A DNA stretch of 64,000 nt from Amoebophrya sp. A120 (lineage: Eukaryota; Protista; Dinoflagellata). The stretch lies in the NCBI GenBank assembly GCA_905178155.1, contig CAJINV010000015.1, positions 186,001 to 250,000 of the forward strand, given 5' to 3'. The notes beneath the pieces are model-generated. The model was not told where the DNA came from, made no database searches, and saw only the letters and a list, made by a program, of their open reading frames with translations. Position numbers and translations under genes: made by a program. Shown piece by piece: positions 24,001-39,000 of the stretch. Numbering within the stretch: position 1 is the stretch's first letter; each line of letters opens with the position of its first letter.

Positions 24001-27000
24001 AGCCGTTTGCCATGCTGAACAACTAGACCGATACGCCCCTACCTAGCCTGGGGATGTGGCCGCAGTGCCATCCTGCAATACAAACCTGATTTGTGTACAC
24101 AAATCCCGCATCACAGATTTCCATTTCGATATAGGGAGGGGGGATTTTTCCTTTCGATATGCTCAAACCCGCGTATCCCCGTCTGCCAAATGTTCTGAAA
24201 CAGGCCGCGATGCGCTACGTTTTGGCGCCAGGTGGTCCATTCCTCCTTGAGGTGGCCGAATTTCATGTATGACAGTGAACAACTCCACCGCCTCGCCCTC
24301 ATTTGTCATGCAAAATCCCAAATCTAACTATCTTCTGCCTGTTAGAAGCACCTTGTGCATGACAACTTCCGAAGTAGGCCAAAACAGCACTACAATCCTC
24401 TCAGGAATTTGTCATGCAAAAGCGGCATGTTTTTGTTTGCCAGCGCTTGCGTTGCTGTTCACGCAACGCGAATGAGGGGGAGGGGGAGTTGTGCACTCTC
24501 ATATCATGGTCGTTGGGTCGCGGTGGTACCGCATGGCGTTCATCTGCAGCATTGACACGCCTTTCTTCAGCCCGTAAACGTGCCACCCCTGGAAGGTGTG
24601 CGAGGTCCACATGCGGTAGAGCACCATGCTGTCTGACATCGCCTCAGCCACGAACCGCGCGCTCAGCAACTTGGGACAGATCGCGACGGCCGCAAAGGTG
24701 TCCAGCGCGACGATACCCGCGACCAGCGCGAAGTTCACGATCGGGAAGATGGGTTTTTCGCCGATTTTCAGCAAAAATTCAATGCCCCGCCGCTCAAATT
24801 CAGAGAGGACAAAATTGTACTGCTCGAGCTGGTATCAACTGCAAACACGTAGTCTGGGTCTGGAAAGTTGTGATGCATGTCAGTGAATAGAAAACACACT
24901 GTAATTATGCACCGCCAAGCATGACATATTACATGGCTGTAAAGCACGACACCGTAATGGCTCCGCGTTGCGTATTCCGCATGACAAGCAGATTTTTTGC
25001 ATGACAGACAAGAGCAGCTGTTGCTACCCACGCAATACAGAGCTCCGTGTCATGCCAGACTACCTAGCATGACAAATCTGGCACTCTTGAAGACCCAGAC
25101 ATATTTGCATTTGATAGTTGGTTCTGGTGGTGTTCCTGGAGCAATTGGCCCGAGGAGTTTATTTTTCCACTCGTAGATTTCCGTCGGTTTTGCAGCCGCT
25201 GCTGCTTTTGCCGCTTCGCATCCTGGTCGAAGCTCATTTTTCCCTCGCTCTCCAAACGCGCGGCCTCCGCACGGGCGGAGTTGTGGCTCGAGGTCTCTGC
25301 TTGCCCGGCCCCAGCGAAATTCAGCTGTGTGGCCTTGGAGTTGAGCTGCCAACGCTGCCGCAACGTGGTCAGGCCGTCCGGCTGCAGCTGCAGTGGCTCC
25401 TCGCGCAGCGCGCCCTGGTACGTGGTATGCATTGCAAATATGTTTGGGTCTGGAAATTTGTGATGCTGGGTGGCGTATCGTGAGGAGGCCGCAAGTGCTG
25501 GCTCAGCATGACAAGTTTATTCCGAGCTTCTAGGTGTTGCCTATTCTGCATGACAAACTGCGTTTCTGCATGACAGAAAAGTGGGGCTCTTGTTGGGTAA
25601 CGTGCATGACAGATTTAAGAGTCATGTCAGACAAGCATGACAAGCATGCACTCTTCCAGACCCAGACATATTTGCACCCTGGTACGTGGCGACCTTGTAC
25701 AAGGACCGACTCTATCCTGTGCAAAAGTATCGTACTCGTACTAATTGCAAATATGCATGACAAATTTTTTTCCTAAGGCAAAGCAGCATTACAAACTCCG
25801 CTTTCCTTCTTGCCAAAATTTGTAATGCAATTCATACTAGTACGATACTTTTGCAATGCATAGACTCCAGCTCCCGTCGTCGTCCCCGAAGAGCATGAGC
25901 ATCTTGCGCATGCTGTCTTCGGTCAGGTCGGTGAACAGAATGGTCATACTGTCCGCGCCCTTATCCGCCTGGTAGCGGAGGTACTTGATAAACTCCTGCG
26001 CACTGTTGCGCATCTTGTACAGGTACTCGTTCCATTTGCTATGAATGTTGTGCAGTTCCTCCTCCAGGTAAACCGCTCGCACGGACTTTTTCTCCACTTC
26101 GCCACCACCTTCGTTTGTGACCCGCAGGCCTCCCTTCTGTTGCACTTCCTCCATACCCGTGCGGAGTTGGGTGAGATGAAAATGAATGTGCAGGAGGGGC
26201 GTCTCCAGGTCGTTTTTCAACTTCTCCAGCGCTCTGTCATCTTCTTCTTCATCCCTTTTCGTCTCGATCATCAGCGCCTGTGCGATGAGTTGGTGATCGT
26301 CATTGTACTGCGCAATCGATTTATCCGCAATGCTGTACTTGGAGTGCCCAAACATATCGTGGTCGGGCAGCAGCTTGTCATTGTGCATCAAAACCATAGT
26401 CGTAATTTTTTCGGCGTCGTTCAGGTGTCCTCGCTGCTGCGCACTTGCCATCGCGGCTTCCTCGTTTTGGTTTGCGGAGTTCCTACCGTCCTCGTTTTCA
26501 TCCAAATCAGAGTCGTTCGCAGCGTCGGAGTCCTCATCTTCCGGAGACCCTGCAACAGCCCGGCCTGTACCTCGGCGGCCAAATGGAGTGCCTGTCGTCG
26601 TGCCAGCATATTGGTGTGCCAGTCCGCCGGAGGCATAATCCACCTCCATCGCATCAGGGTTCAGTTGCTGACCACTTCCAGCTGCTCCATATGCAACCGC
26701 CAAACCCTGGCTTCGCTCTCTCTGCCGTCGATTGCAGGCTTGACGGAAGGAATCCGCGGCCCGCTCGCCCAGCGTCTCCGCGTGATTGATGCACGTGCGC
26801 GCGACATTTTCGAAACCCACACTCTGGCTGGTGTAGGTGCAGCGCAAATTCGCGTTGCGGCGGGAGGCGAGGGTTCGGCGACACAATTCTTCGTCATCAC
26901 TGCTGGCGCATGAACTCTCAACTGCGAGTTCGCTGGCTGGGCCGGAGGCCGTGCTGCCGTCGGAATCTTCATCACAATCGCTACCCTGAACAGGTGGGTT

Positions 27001-30000
27001 GTTCTTATCCGATTCTTTCTGTTGCAAACCCCCCCGCGGGCTCGTCGATCCAGCTTTTGCAGGCGTAGTTGCACCCGCCTCACCCGGTTGCAGGTCCATC
27101 CCAAAGCTTGGCGGCTTCGTCCCCACCTCGTGAGCGCTATTCGCCGGTGTCTGGGCTTCCTTTGTGTCCGTGAACTCGCCCGCTTTTGGTGTGTTGGCTT
27201 TTCTTTGCTTTGCTTCCTCGTCCGCGGCTTTCTGCTGGGCTTCCTTTTCCTGCGCTTCCTTTCGGGCCTCCTCTTCCTTTTTCGCTATTTCATACTCGTG
27301 GGTCTGCTTGCTTTTATTCGCAGTTGCAAAGTTTTTGTACTTCTCCATCCGTTTTTGTCGGAGTTCGTGTATTTTCTTAATGGTCTCGTCGTAGGACTTG
27401 AGGTGTATCAAATGTAAAAATGTCTGGGCCTGGAAGATTGCCAGGCTTGTCATGCACGTTTTGCATGACTCCTGATGTCTGTGATGCATGCCCTAGCATC
27501 ACAGATTTTGTGAGGGCTTCCTGCTGATGCCTATACTGCATGACAAATGCTCTTTCCGTGTAGCAAAACTTGGACTCTCTTTGCCGCTCATGCAATACAG
27601 ATTTTTCTAGAATCCAAAATCAGCATGACAAGTTGGATTCTTCCAGACCCAGACACTTTTACGGTTGATAAGGTGCTTTGCGAGCTCGGTCCAGTCGCTG
27701 CTGAACCGCTGCTTCTGGCCCGCCTTAGGATTTTCTGCACTCGGGGGAGGATCGTAATGCGTGACCACGAGTTTCTGTACCTCTGCGTCCTGCTTATACC
27801 ACGGAAACTTCTTGGTAATGACCAGGTCTGCCAATTTGCTGATGTTGGGCTCGTATGAACTGCCAAAGTATAATCGCACTCGTAGTAATTGCAGTCATGC
27901 ATTAAATTTCTCTTAAGGTAAATCCGCATTACAAAATTTCTTTCTCATGCTAAGCAAACTAGTGATGCAATTATTATATGCGAGTGCGATACTTTTGGTT
28001 TTGCAATGCATAGCTCGATCACGTCGTTGAACGTTTTCATCGAGTCGAGTCCGTTGATATCAAATGTAAAAATGTCTGGGTCTGGAAGAATGCAACTTGT
28101 CATGCTAAATCTGAAGCATGCAAAAATCTGTGTTGCAGGATTACCAAAAGCCGTCCAGTTTTGACCAAGTCGGGAGGGAGTTTCTCATGCAGGACAGGCA
28201 CGAGAGAGATCGCACAGAATCTGTCATGCTAGGTCCTGCATTCCAGACCTCACGGGTCATGGAAAAGCTAGATGACAAATCGCTCACTCTTCCAGACCCA
28301 GACATATTTGCATTTGATAGTTGATTTTCTGTGCTGGAAGTCCTCGGCCCAGGGGATCATCTGGATGGCGGGTGTTCGCGGGGAAAATTTCAGCGTCCCC
28401 ATGCTTCAACCACGGCAAATTTTCTACTTCGGGAGCGACCTTGTCGCGAAAGTAGTGGTATGGATTGCAAAAGTGTCCGGGTCTGGAAGATTCTAAACTT
28501 GTAATGCTGTCTCTGGATTCTAAAAAAATGTGCATTGCATGACCAGCAAGAGCGTTCCAGTTTGTGCTATGCGGAGAGGGCATTTCTCATGCGGTAGAGG
28601 CATTGCAATTTGCGATTCGCAAAGTCCTCTAAAAATATGTGATGCTAGGGCATGCATCACGGACATCATAGGTCATGCAAAATATGCATGACAAACCTGG
28701 CAATCTTCCAGACCCAGACATTTTTGCAGTTGATAAGTGCGCGGCCGACAAAATCTCCTCGTACTCGGGTGGCTGCATGTCATCCCGTATCAACTGTAAA
28801 AGTGTCTGGGTCTGGAAAGTTGGAACTTGTGATGCTAACTTTGGACTCTAAAAAAATGTGTATTGCATGACCAGCAAGAGGAGCCACATTTGTGCTACGC
28901 GAGGAGGTCATTTGTCATGCGGAAATGGCATCAGGAAGCTTTCCAAAAATCTGTGATGCTGGGTCATGCGTTACAAGCATCATGGGTCATGCCAGACAAG
29001 CATGACAAGCCTTCCATTCTTCCAGACCCAGACATTTTTACATTTGATATCCCGCTTTGCCTTCCTGCGTTGCTGCTCCAGCTCCCATTGCGTGGCAGCA
29101 GCGGCCTGTTTGGAAAAGCTTGGCCGCGGCGATTGTGCTGGAGCTGCTCGGGACTGCGTCGGTGTTGCAGCGTCGTCCAGATCAGCCTGGACTGCTTGTG
29201 GCAGAAGTTGGAGTTGTATCAAATGCAAAAATGTCTGGGTCTGTAAGATTTCCAGGTTTGTCATGCATATTTCGCATGAGCTATGATGCCTGTAATGCAT
29301 GACCTAGCATGACAGATTTTTTGCGGGTATCTTGATGCCTATCCCGCATGACAAATGCCCTCTCCGCGGACCAAAAACTGGACGCCTCTTGCTGCTCATG
29401 CAATACAGATTTTTTTAGATTTGAAAAATAGCGTCACAAGTTGCATTCTTCCAGACCCAGACATTTTTGCAATCCATAAGTTGGAGTTGCTGCTGCCCGT
29501 CGGCCGGCGGCATGTCGACGTCCCCACTTTGCTATGCATTGCAAAAGCCTCGTACTAGTATAAATTGCAATACAAGTTTCCTTAGCATGAGCAATGGAAT
29601 TTGTCATGCGGATTTGCCTTATAAAAAGATTTGTAATGCAAGACTTGCATCTATACGAGTACGAATACGATGCTTTTGCACGGCATATTTGCCCCGGCAT
29701 GGTCCTCTGCTTCTCCAGCTCCGCTGCTTTCTGCAGCTTCTCCAGCTCCGCAGCTTTCTTCATTTTCTCCGCCGCTCTTTGCTGCAGCTTCTCGAGCTGG
29801 GCCTTCAGCCGCTTGGTGCCGTCAATGGCGAGCGGTACCGCGACCGCCTTGGTCAGCGTGAAGGCATTATCGAAAGGAAAAACTCCCCCTCCCCATATTG
29901 AAAATGTATGTTTCCGAAAATTTGTGTTGCTGATTTGAGGTCACAAATCGCCTTTGTGTTGCAAGAAGACCAGGGCAGAAGCTGCCGCCCCATTATGGAA

Positions 30001-33000
30001 GCCGTTTGTCATGCTGTTTGGCCTAAAGGGGAGCTGTTTGCCATGCTGAACAACTAGACCCAGACGCCTCTGCCTAGGCTGGGTATCTGGCCGCAATGCC
30101 TTCTTGCAATACAAAGCGCAGTTGTGTACACAAATCCAACATCAGAAATTCTGTTTTGATATGGGGAGGGAAGATTTTTCATTTTGATAGGCATTGGCGG
30201 TTTTGGACTGCGAGTACACCGCGTCGTTCAGATTTACCTTGTATCAAATGTAAAAATGTCTGGGTCTGGAAGATTCTGAGACTTGTCATGCATGTTTTGC
30301 ATGACCCAGGATGTCTGTAATGCACGACGTAGCATCACAGATTTTTAGAGGGCTTCCTGATGGCTGCTCCGCATGACAAACGCTCTCCCCGCCGCGTAGC
30401 ACAAACTAGACTCCTCTTGCTGGTCATGCAATACAGATTTTTTTACAGACCAGAGTTAGCATCACAAGTTCCAATTCTTCCAGACCCAGACATTTCTACA
30501 TTTGATATCTTGCTGTTGTCATACACCGTCTGGTACGTGCGCCACTGCAGCTGCGTCTCCTGCAACAGAGATTCCTGCAATTGTGACATCTTCGACGTAC
30601 CAAAGTCGAATTCCGGAGAGGAATATGAAATGCAAATATCATGTCCTTTGGGCCAGGAAACGGAAATTTGTTTTCGTTTCCTAAACATGTCCTAAATCCT
30701 AAACCCCAAACTGTCAGTTTGGGGTTTAGGATTTAGCAAGAACAACTTTAGAAAGAGCAACTCTACGGATCTACCAAGTACTGACTGCAGTAGCAAGGCA
30801 GCACGCGTGACAATGTTTCGGGGTACTGCCCTGTGATTGTTGCATATTCCGCATAAAGAAGTAGTCGCACCATTATTTTTGCAATACACACTACCAGCGA
30901 TGACCCCGCTTGTTCGCCACATGCATCTCACAAACTCGACGGCCCTGACGTCATATGCAACAACTTTTGCAAAAATCAAAATGTTCCACACCCGGACATT
31001 ATATTCCCCCCACTGGATAAGGAAACCCCAGAAACCTTTGATTTCGCCGCGACCAGTTCCGTCAGTCCCTCTTCCAGGAACGCGAGGGAAAACGTGGAGG
31101 GCGCGAAGGACCCGGTGAGATCAGGATTCAGGGAAGAGACACTCGACGTGACTGCATTCGTGCCTGTCACCATCGTGCCCGAAGTGCTCGTTGGGAACCA
31201 GTGCTGGTGGTCCGACCACATGGTCATGGCCGCTTCCACCTCGTATTTCTTCTGCTTCATCTTCTTTTCCGTTTGCTGCAGTAATTGCGTTTGCTTCAGC
31301 TGCATCAGGAACGTAACCGCCTGCAACCGCTCGATTTTCTCTTCCAACAAAAAGTCGTCCGTGTAGTGCTTGACACTCTGTATTGTGAGGAAAAATCCCC
31401 CCTCCCCATATTGAAAACGCATTCGTCTGAAAATTTGTGACGCAGATTTGAGGCCACAAATCCTGTCTGTCTTGCGGGAAGGCAAAGCCAGAGAGTCCGC
31501 CGCATTATGCCGGCGGTTTGTGATGCTGTTGGGCTTACAGAGCCGACATCTGCCATGCTAGTCCCCTACGTCAAAACCTCTCGACACAGGCTTGGCATAT
31601 GCCTGCAGTCCTCTCCAGCACGACAGACCTGATTCGTGTACGCAAATCCAGCATCAGAAACTTCGTTTCGATATGGGGAGGGGGGGATTTTTCATTTTGA
31701 CACTCTGCACCACTTCCTCGTGGGTCGGCAGTGGATTCTCCTCGGGTAGTTGTTCACCAGAGAGGGCGTTTTCCAGGTCTTTCTTCAACTTGTCAAGCTT
31801 TGCAGATTTTTCCTCTTCTTCCGCAGTAGGCGATACTGCAGCAGCTTGTTCCGGCACAGCGGTGGCGCCTTCGCTGCCTGCAGCGGTGGGGGAAGGGCGT
31901 TGAAATAAACTTCCAAATAATGAGAAGCCACCCGGTTGCTCCTGCTGCTGTTCCTTCGCCGGTGCAGTTAGTTCTGCAATCTGCTCCCTCAATTCCTTGA
32001 TCCTCTTCTCCCGCTCCTCCCGCTTGACGCTCGGCTTGTCGAGCAGGACTGCGCCCTCCTTTTTCATCACTTCTTCTGCATCAGCTAAGTTCAGCGCAAT
32101 GCGCAGTTCGTTCACCGCCCAATCCGGGAAATTGACGTAGTCTAAGACGCCAACGTACTCCAAAAACCGCTGTTTCCGCTTCTCTCGGAACTCCATCTCG
32201 CTACTCGTTTTACGGAACGTGGTCGGAATTGATGCAGGAGTTTTCCTTTGAGGTGCGCCGCTCGTTCGATCCGCACCGCCAGTTTGATGCAGCTCTCCTC
32301 GGTGGCTTTCTACGTGGTCCACAGTGTTGAAGTTCGTGTAGTCCAGGTCAAAGATCTCCTGCATGCCAATGTGCTCCGTGTCGTAGACCGCCTGCTTATC
32401 CGAGCCGAGAAAAGTTGTATGAAATGCAAAAATGTCTGGGTCTGGAAACTTGTGATGCTAAAATGTGCATGATGAAAATACTTCCGAATGCAGTCCGGCA
32501 TGACAACTTCCCACAATTCTTTCTCGTAGGCAATCCGCATGAGAAACTGCGTTTTTGCATGACAAAAGAGGCTGCGACTTTTGTTGGTAAATATGCAAAA
32601 CAGATTTTCTAGGTATGGAAAGCTAGCATTACAAGTTCCAACCTTCCAGACCCAGACATTTTTACAATCCATAAGTTGCAACGTCCAGCAGCATCTGATG
32701 GAAGTTTTCGTACTTGTCAAACCTGGTTAATTCCTGCCGCAAATCCGATTCCGTGATGAAGTGCAGGTGCACCGTGATGTGGTTTTTGTTGTGTTTGGAA
32801 TTGGATTCAGCACTCCTCTCCTTCATCTCCCGACTGGTGTGCGTGACCCAGAAGTACAAGTCCCCCGCGATATCGTGACTGCTCCCCGTCTTCACCGACT
32901 TGGCCGTCACCACTCGACCCAGAATCTCGACTGTCCGCTTCTGGATGAAGCTTTGTTGCGGCTGTTCGGTTGAATCATCGACATTGGAGCCTATGCCATG

Positions 33001-36000
33001 ATTGATGTCCCCCGGCGCATATCAAATGCAAATATGTCTGGGGCTGGAAGAATGCAACTTGTGATGCTGCATTTGGATTCCAAAAAAATTTGTATTGCAT
33101 GAGTACCAAAGGAAAGACAATTTTTGCTACGCTGAGAAGGCATTTGTCATGCGGAATACGCATCAAGAAGCCCTCAAAAAATCTGTATTGCTAGGGGATG
33201 CATCACAGACATCATGGCTCATGCAAAACGTGCATGACAAGTGTCAGAATCTTCCAGACCCAGACGTTTTTACAGTTGATAGCGCACTATCGACGATCCA
33301 ATCGCCACTCTGAATGTACCGGCTGAGTGCGCTTTCCGGGTTCAGTTTTTGGTTCACCGGGAACTTCTATGCATTGCAAATATGTCTGGGTCTGGAAACC
33401 TGTGATGCTGAACTGTTCATGATGAAAACGCTGCCGAATGCAGCCAAGCATGACAAAATTGCAGAACGGTTTCTCATACGCTGTCTGCATGAGAAACTGC
33501 GTTTTTGGACGACAGAAGACGGCACGGCTTGTACTATCGCTGGCCATGCAATACAGATTTTTCAGGAATGTAAGACCAGCATTACAAGTTCCCACTTTCC
33601 AGAAAGACATATTTGCATTTGATAACTCCAGTCGGAAGTCCGGGTCGTACGGGAAAGCAGCCCGACTCGCTGATCGGATGTCTTCCGGAACGAGCTTGTA
33701 GTGTTCCGCCACGGATCGGCTGTTTTGCCGGTGCGTGGTGAGAAAATCGTTGGCTTCTAGAGTTTATGGATTGCAAAAATGTCTGGGTCTGGAAGAGTGG
33801 AACTTGTATTGCATGTCTTGCATTCCTGAAAAATCTGTAATGCACAGCCAGCGAGAAAGGCGCTACTTTTTCGTCCTGCAAAAACGCAGTTTGTCATGCG
33901 TGCTACGCATCAGACGGCGTCAAGTATGCTTGTCATGCTTGGCTGCACTTGAGAGCGGCAGTCTTATCCAAACTTCAGCATCACAAATTTCCAGACCCAG
34001 ACATATTTGCTTCCCATAGAGTTGGAGATAGTGTGTGTTTCCAGGTGTATTCGAACATTTCTTTCTTCATTTGCTCCAGACTGGCCTGTGTGCATTCCAA
34101 ATATGTCTGGGTCTGGAAAACTGCGAACTTGTGATGCGCACTTCACATCACACAAAGATCTGTCATGCATGGAAGCCAAAAGTTGCACACTTCTCGCCAC
34201 CGAAAGAAGGGCTTCATCATGCGGATTACGCATTAAGAGACCTTATCGAAACCTGCGATGCTAGGGTGTGCATGGTAGACCTTCTGGGTCATGCCAAAGC
34301 TGCAACACAAACCTCTGCATCCTTCCAGACCCAGACATATTTGCAATGCATAGCCTGCGCGGACAGGTGCGCTAAATTCTGCTCACTGTTTGCTGGACTG
34401 ATGCTATCGTGAGAAAAAAGTGTTTCACTGTAAACTTGTAATGCAGAAAATGTATCTCACAAGTGTTTGTCTTGCTACACATGCAAGACAGTGGGTTTTT
34501 ACCTGCGTTTTCCATTAGGAACCTGGCATGGCAAGTGTTCGCTGTCATGTAGAACAAACTTGTGATGCTAAACCTGCAAAATCCTTACAGTGAAACACTT
34601 TTTTCTCAGGATAGATGCCCCCTGCCTGTTGCTGCTCTGGCACGGCAAGATGTGCTGGTGCGCCAGCACCGGAGCCCGAACTCGTGCGAGAAGAGACTCG
34701 TTGCAAAAACCCGGAGGCACCAGCGGGGGTGGCTTGTTGTGCCGCACCTCCCGCGACTTCTGGATTGTCCCTCCGTCTCTCCTCAATCATGGTCATGAAC
34801 TCCTTCATTTTGCGGCCCAACGTGTCCCTGGACTTTTCCGAGGCGGGCTTCCACTGCACGTTCGTGAAGTGCAATTCCGCGAACAAATCTGACTCGTCAA
34901 AATCGTCCAAATCTGCCTGCAAAACTGCCGCCTGAAATTGCATGTTGTTCTCCAATTTTTCCATGGTGTACTGCGCCGTGCTATGCATTGCAAATGTGTG
35001 TCTGGGTCCTCTGGAAGAGTCCTCTGCAGAAGTTTGATGTCATGCGGGTTCTGGATAGCGCTCGTGCTCCAGATGAACGTCCGGAATATATACTGGCATG
35101 GCAACACAAAATTTATTGAGACGGCTTCTCAATTGTTCCTAATCCGCATAAAAGATCGCCCCGGGTGTTTTGGCGACAAGAGTATTTGGGTAAAACTTTT
35201 GCTGATGCTGTCCATGCATCAGAGATTTTTAATATCGTGTGATCTTCTGAAATGCGCATCACAAGTTTTTTTTGTCCTTCCAGACCCAGCAGACATTTTT
35301 GCACTTGATACGTGCCATCGTTCTCTGGCTGGGAATCTTCGTCAGCGTGATTTAAGTGGTTGTGGTACATGGCGATCAAGTCTTGTGCATCCTGTGCAAA
35401 AGTATCGTATTCGTACTAATTGCGTTTATGCATTACAAACGTTTTTCTCAAGGCAAATCCGCACTACAAATTTAATTTGTAATGCTACGTCAATCTGTAA
35501 TGCAATTTATACTAGTACGATGCTTTTGCAGTGCATATTGCGCATCTGCGATACCGCTGTTCTGGTTCTGACCGGATAGAGCTCCGCTACTACCGAGATT
35601 CAATCCGTTCGTCGCCGCCAGAAGCTGTGCGTCGTCCAGAGTCGGAATGCCGCCGAGATGTTGACTGGTAGCCTTATTCGCATAATTCATCCCTCCTTCG
35701 GGATTCGATTCCAGATCCAACATCATCGTAGGTGTCATCGCAAACACCGCCCCAAAGTCCCGGTTGAGCTGCTTGCTTTTATTTCCAGAGGATGTTGAGT
35801 CGTGCATCAAATTGTGGTCTCGCATAGCCACAAAGCGCTGCTGCGCGTTGTTTCCATTAGTAGCACCGCTAGTACCTCCGAAGAGTCCACCTGTACTGGA
35901 AAAGTCATCCGCTCCACTACCATTGAGAATCCTATCCATCTTGTGCTGGTCTCGCTTCCGCTGCAGTCTTTTCTGCATCGCCTTACTCGTTGTCGGCCGG

Positions 36001-39000
36001 GTCAGTTCCTCATCTGTCTGTTCAGATTTCCAACGGAGAATCGCTAATAATTCAGCCGAGCACCCGTGCAGCCCGATGTGGATCTTCTGCTTTTTCATGA
36101 TGTTGGTTTGCACCATTTCTACGGAAGGACCGGCATTCTGCAGTGCTCCGTCGCTATCAACACCGCCACTTCCCGACCTTGCCTGCAATGCGACGCTCTT
36201 TTCCACGGATTTCGAGGCAAAATTTGCGGAAGTCGTAACCTTCTCGACAATGGATTTCCGGAACTGCTGGGCGCGGATCAGCTCCTGCTTGTGGTTTCGG
36301 AGAAATTTTTGCAATTGCAGTTCTTTGTTTTCTTCAAACTCCTCGAGCAATTTCGCCAGCCCCTCATCGGCTTTGTGCAGGTCGAACAGGGTTTGAATAC
36401 GCTTCCTCTCCCGTTCGGCTGCTTCTTTCGCCTCTGCGTGTCGCTTTTTGTCCGCTTCGGCCTGCTTTGCTCTTTTTCTCCGCTTCGGCCCCGCTTTTTG
36501 TCCGCTGACCGGCCGCGGACTTGAAAATGAGGTATAATCCACGACAGTATAATCCGCAACCGGGGGGCTGGCGCCGCGTAATCCTCCTGAAGCTACCTGT
36601 AAATCAGGCGGTGTTCTTTGGCTTGTTTCCGCTGCAGGGCGTGAGAGCATGGCATCATTATGAGCCGCAGTTGCAGGAGACGCCGTCGCCGTAGTTCCAG
36701 CACCCGCGTCATGTGTTCCTTCACCAGTCGCAGGTCCAACTTCCACAACAGAAACGAGTTCCCCTCCGTGTTTGGCCGCGAACTTTCGGTACCGAGCGAC
36801 CAAGAGTTCCTTTTTCGCCTTCCAGGACAATTCGAAGGCCTTCAACTGCTTGGTGTGCAATTGGTGCAAGCGTTGCCGAATCCGCGCGCTGGGGTCGTTC
36901 TCGTCTAACTCCGCCAATTCGTCTAACTGCTCCTGATCCTCCGCGATTCTCCCACTTCCAGGAAGAAAGTATTACAATGAAAAATGCCCCCACCCCCGAA
37001 CTTGGGAGCATTTGTATTGCAAACCTTTCCAAATGAAACATTCGCCCTCTTGCATCTATCAGCGTCACATGTTTGCAATCGTGAATAGCAAAAATTTGTA
37101 TTGCAAAAGACCCCAGCAAGAGCGGCACTTGTCATGCAAGCGATAGGATACACGACTACATTCTGCATCAGAAAGATTCATACTCCTTTCATGCATGGCA
37201 AAAAGTTTTCATTTGGAAACTTCGCATCACAAATTTTTGCAATTTAGGGGTGGGGGGGCACTTTTCACTGTAATAGAAAGTTGTTCTTGTTCTCGTCCTC
37301 CTCCATCCCCGCGGCCGTCATATCAACTGTAAAAATGTCTGGGTCTGGAAGAATCCAACTTGTCATGTTGATTTTGGATTCTAAAAAAATCTGTATTGCA
37401 TGAGCAGCCAAGAGAGTCCAAGTTTTGCTACACGGAAAGAGCATTTGTCATGCGGTATAGGCATCAGGAAGCCGTCACAAAATCTGTCATACCAGGGCAT
37501 GCATCACTGACATCAGGAGTCATGCAAAATGTGCATGACAAACCTGGCAATCTTCCAGACCCAGACATTTTTACATTTGATACGTCAAAACCTGGCGCAA
37601 CTGCTTCTCCAGATCGTCAGTCGAGGTGCTGTATCAAATGCCAAGATGTCTGGGTCTGGAAACATACAAACTTGTCATGCATATTTTCCATGCCCCATGA
37701 CGTCTGCGATGCGGGACCTAGCATGACAGGTTCTGCGAAGTCTCTATCATGTCTTTCTTGCATGACAAACTGCCGCTAAACTTGTTAAAGAAGTGGGCAC
37801 CTTTTGGTAATCTTGCAACACAGATTTTTGTACTATTCAGACTCAGCATGACAAGTTGCATCCTTCCAGACCCAGACATATTTGCAATGCATATGCTGCT
37901 CGACAATAAGCCGGATGATGTGGAACTCGAAGCACTGCTCGTCCCAGAATTTGTGGATGTCACCGCCGCTAACGGTGTTCCCAATGCCGCGACCAGCCGG
38001 ATGGCGACCGGCACCGGGATCTTGTTGAACTTGATATGATAAAAGTTCGTGTTGCCGTGGGATAAATTTTTGGTCGTACTCGGGTCCTATCCAAGAAAAA
38101 AACTGTGCTAGTGTAACTATATTTGGCTGACAGCATCACAAATTTGCTCTACATGACAGAGAAAACCTGTCATGCGTGGATTGCAAGGGAAAACACACGT
38201 GAAGAGAGGAGTCAATGGCTGTCTGGCATGACAGGCGTAACTCTGTTGGATGTTCTGCATTTACAGAGTTACACTATACACAGTTTTTTTCTTGCATAGA
38301 TCCCCGGCGGTGACTAGTTGTAGATACGGGTTGAAGATGTGCTTCAAAACCTGCTGCGTATTGAACTTCTTGTCGCCCGCTTTCAACTTCGTTTGCACCG
38401 TCTTCGTCTGTTTATCCACAATTTCTGCCATGTGGGCATTAGTATCCTGTGCAAAAGTATCCGTATCGTATTCGTATAGTTAAATGCATTACAAATTTCC
38501 TCAGCATGACAAATAAAATTTGTAATGCGGATTTGCTTTAAGAAAAAAATTTGTAATGCATGTTCGCAATACGAGTACGATACTTTTGCACGGGATAATT
38601 CGACAAGTCGAGCCTCTCCTCCTTGACAACGGAAGTTAGTTGGAATAACTGCTGCTTCACGAACCGCTTTCGCGCTCTATCATACGCGATCATGCGCCGC
38701 TTCTTGGTCTGCAGACTTTGCCCGTACGAATTCCGGAGGAGTTCTAGCTGTTGTGCCCGGTCCCCCTGCTGGGGTTGATGTTGGTCGGAGGAAATAACCT
38801 GCTTGTTCACACTGATGCGCCTCGTCAAATCAACCGGGATCTTTTTCTCCTTCTCTTCCGAACTCAAAGCGTCGAAATTGACGTGGAAAGGGTCCCCTTG
38901 TCCGTTTTTCTGCCCCGAGCGGGGGGACCCGTCCGGCACGGCGCCAGCGCCGGCCGCTCCACCGGTTGATGTTCCGGCAAGAGAAGTTCGGGCGAGACGT

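Noticed and set aside
30692-30736. True telomere or chromosome end
   Set aside because: Only 2-3 imperfect units per arm, internal, and the gene continues on both sides.
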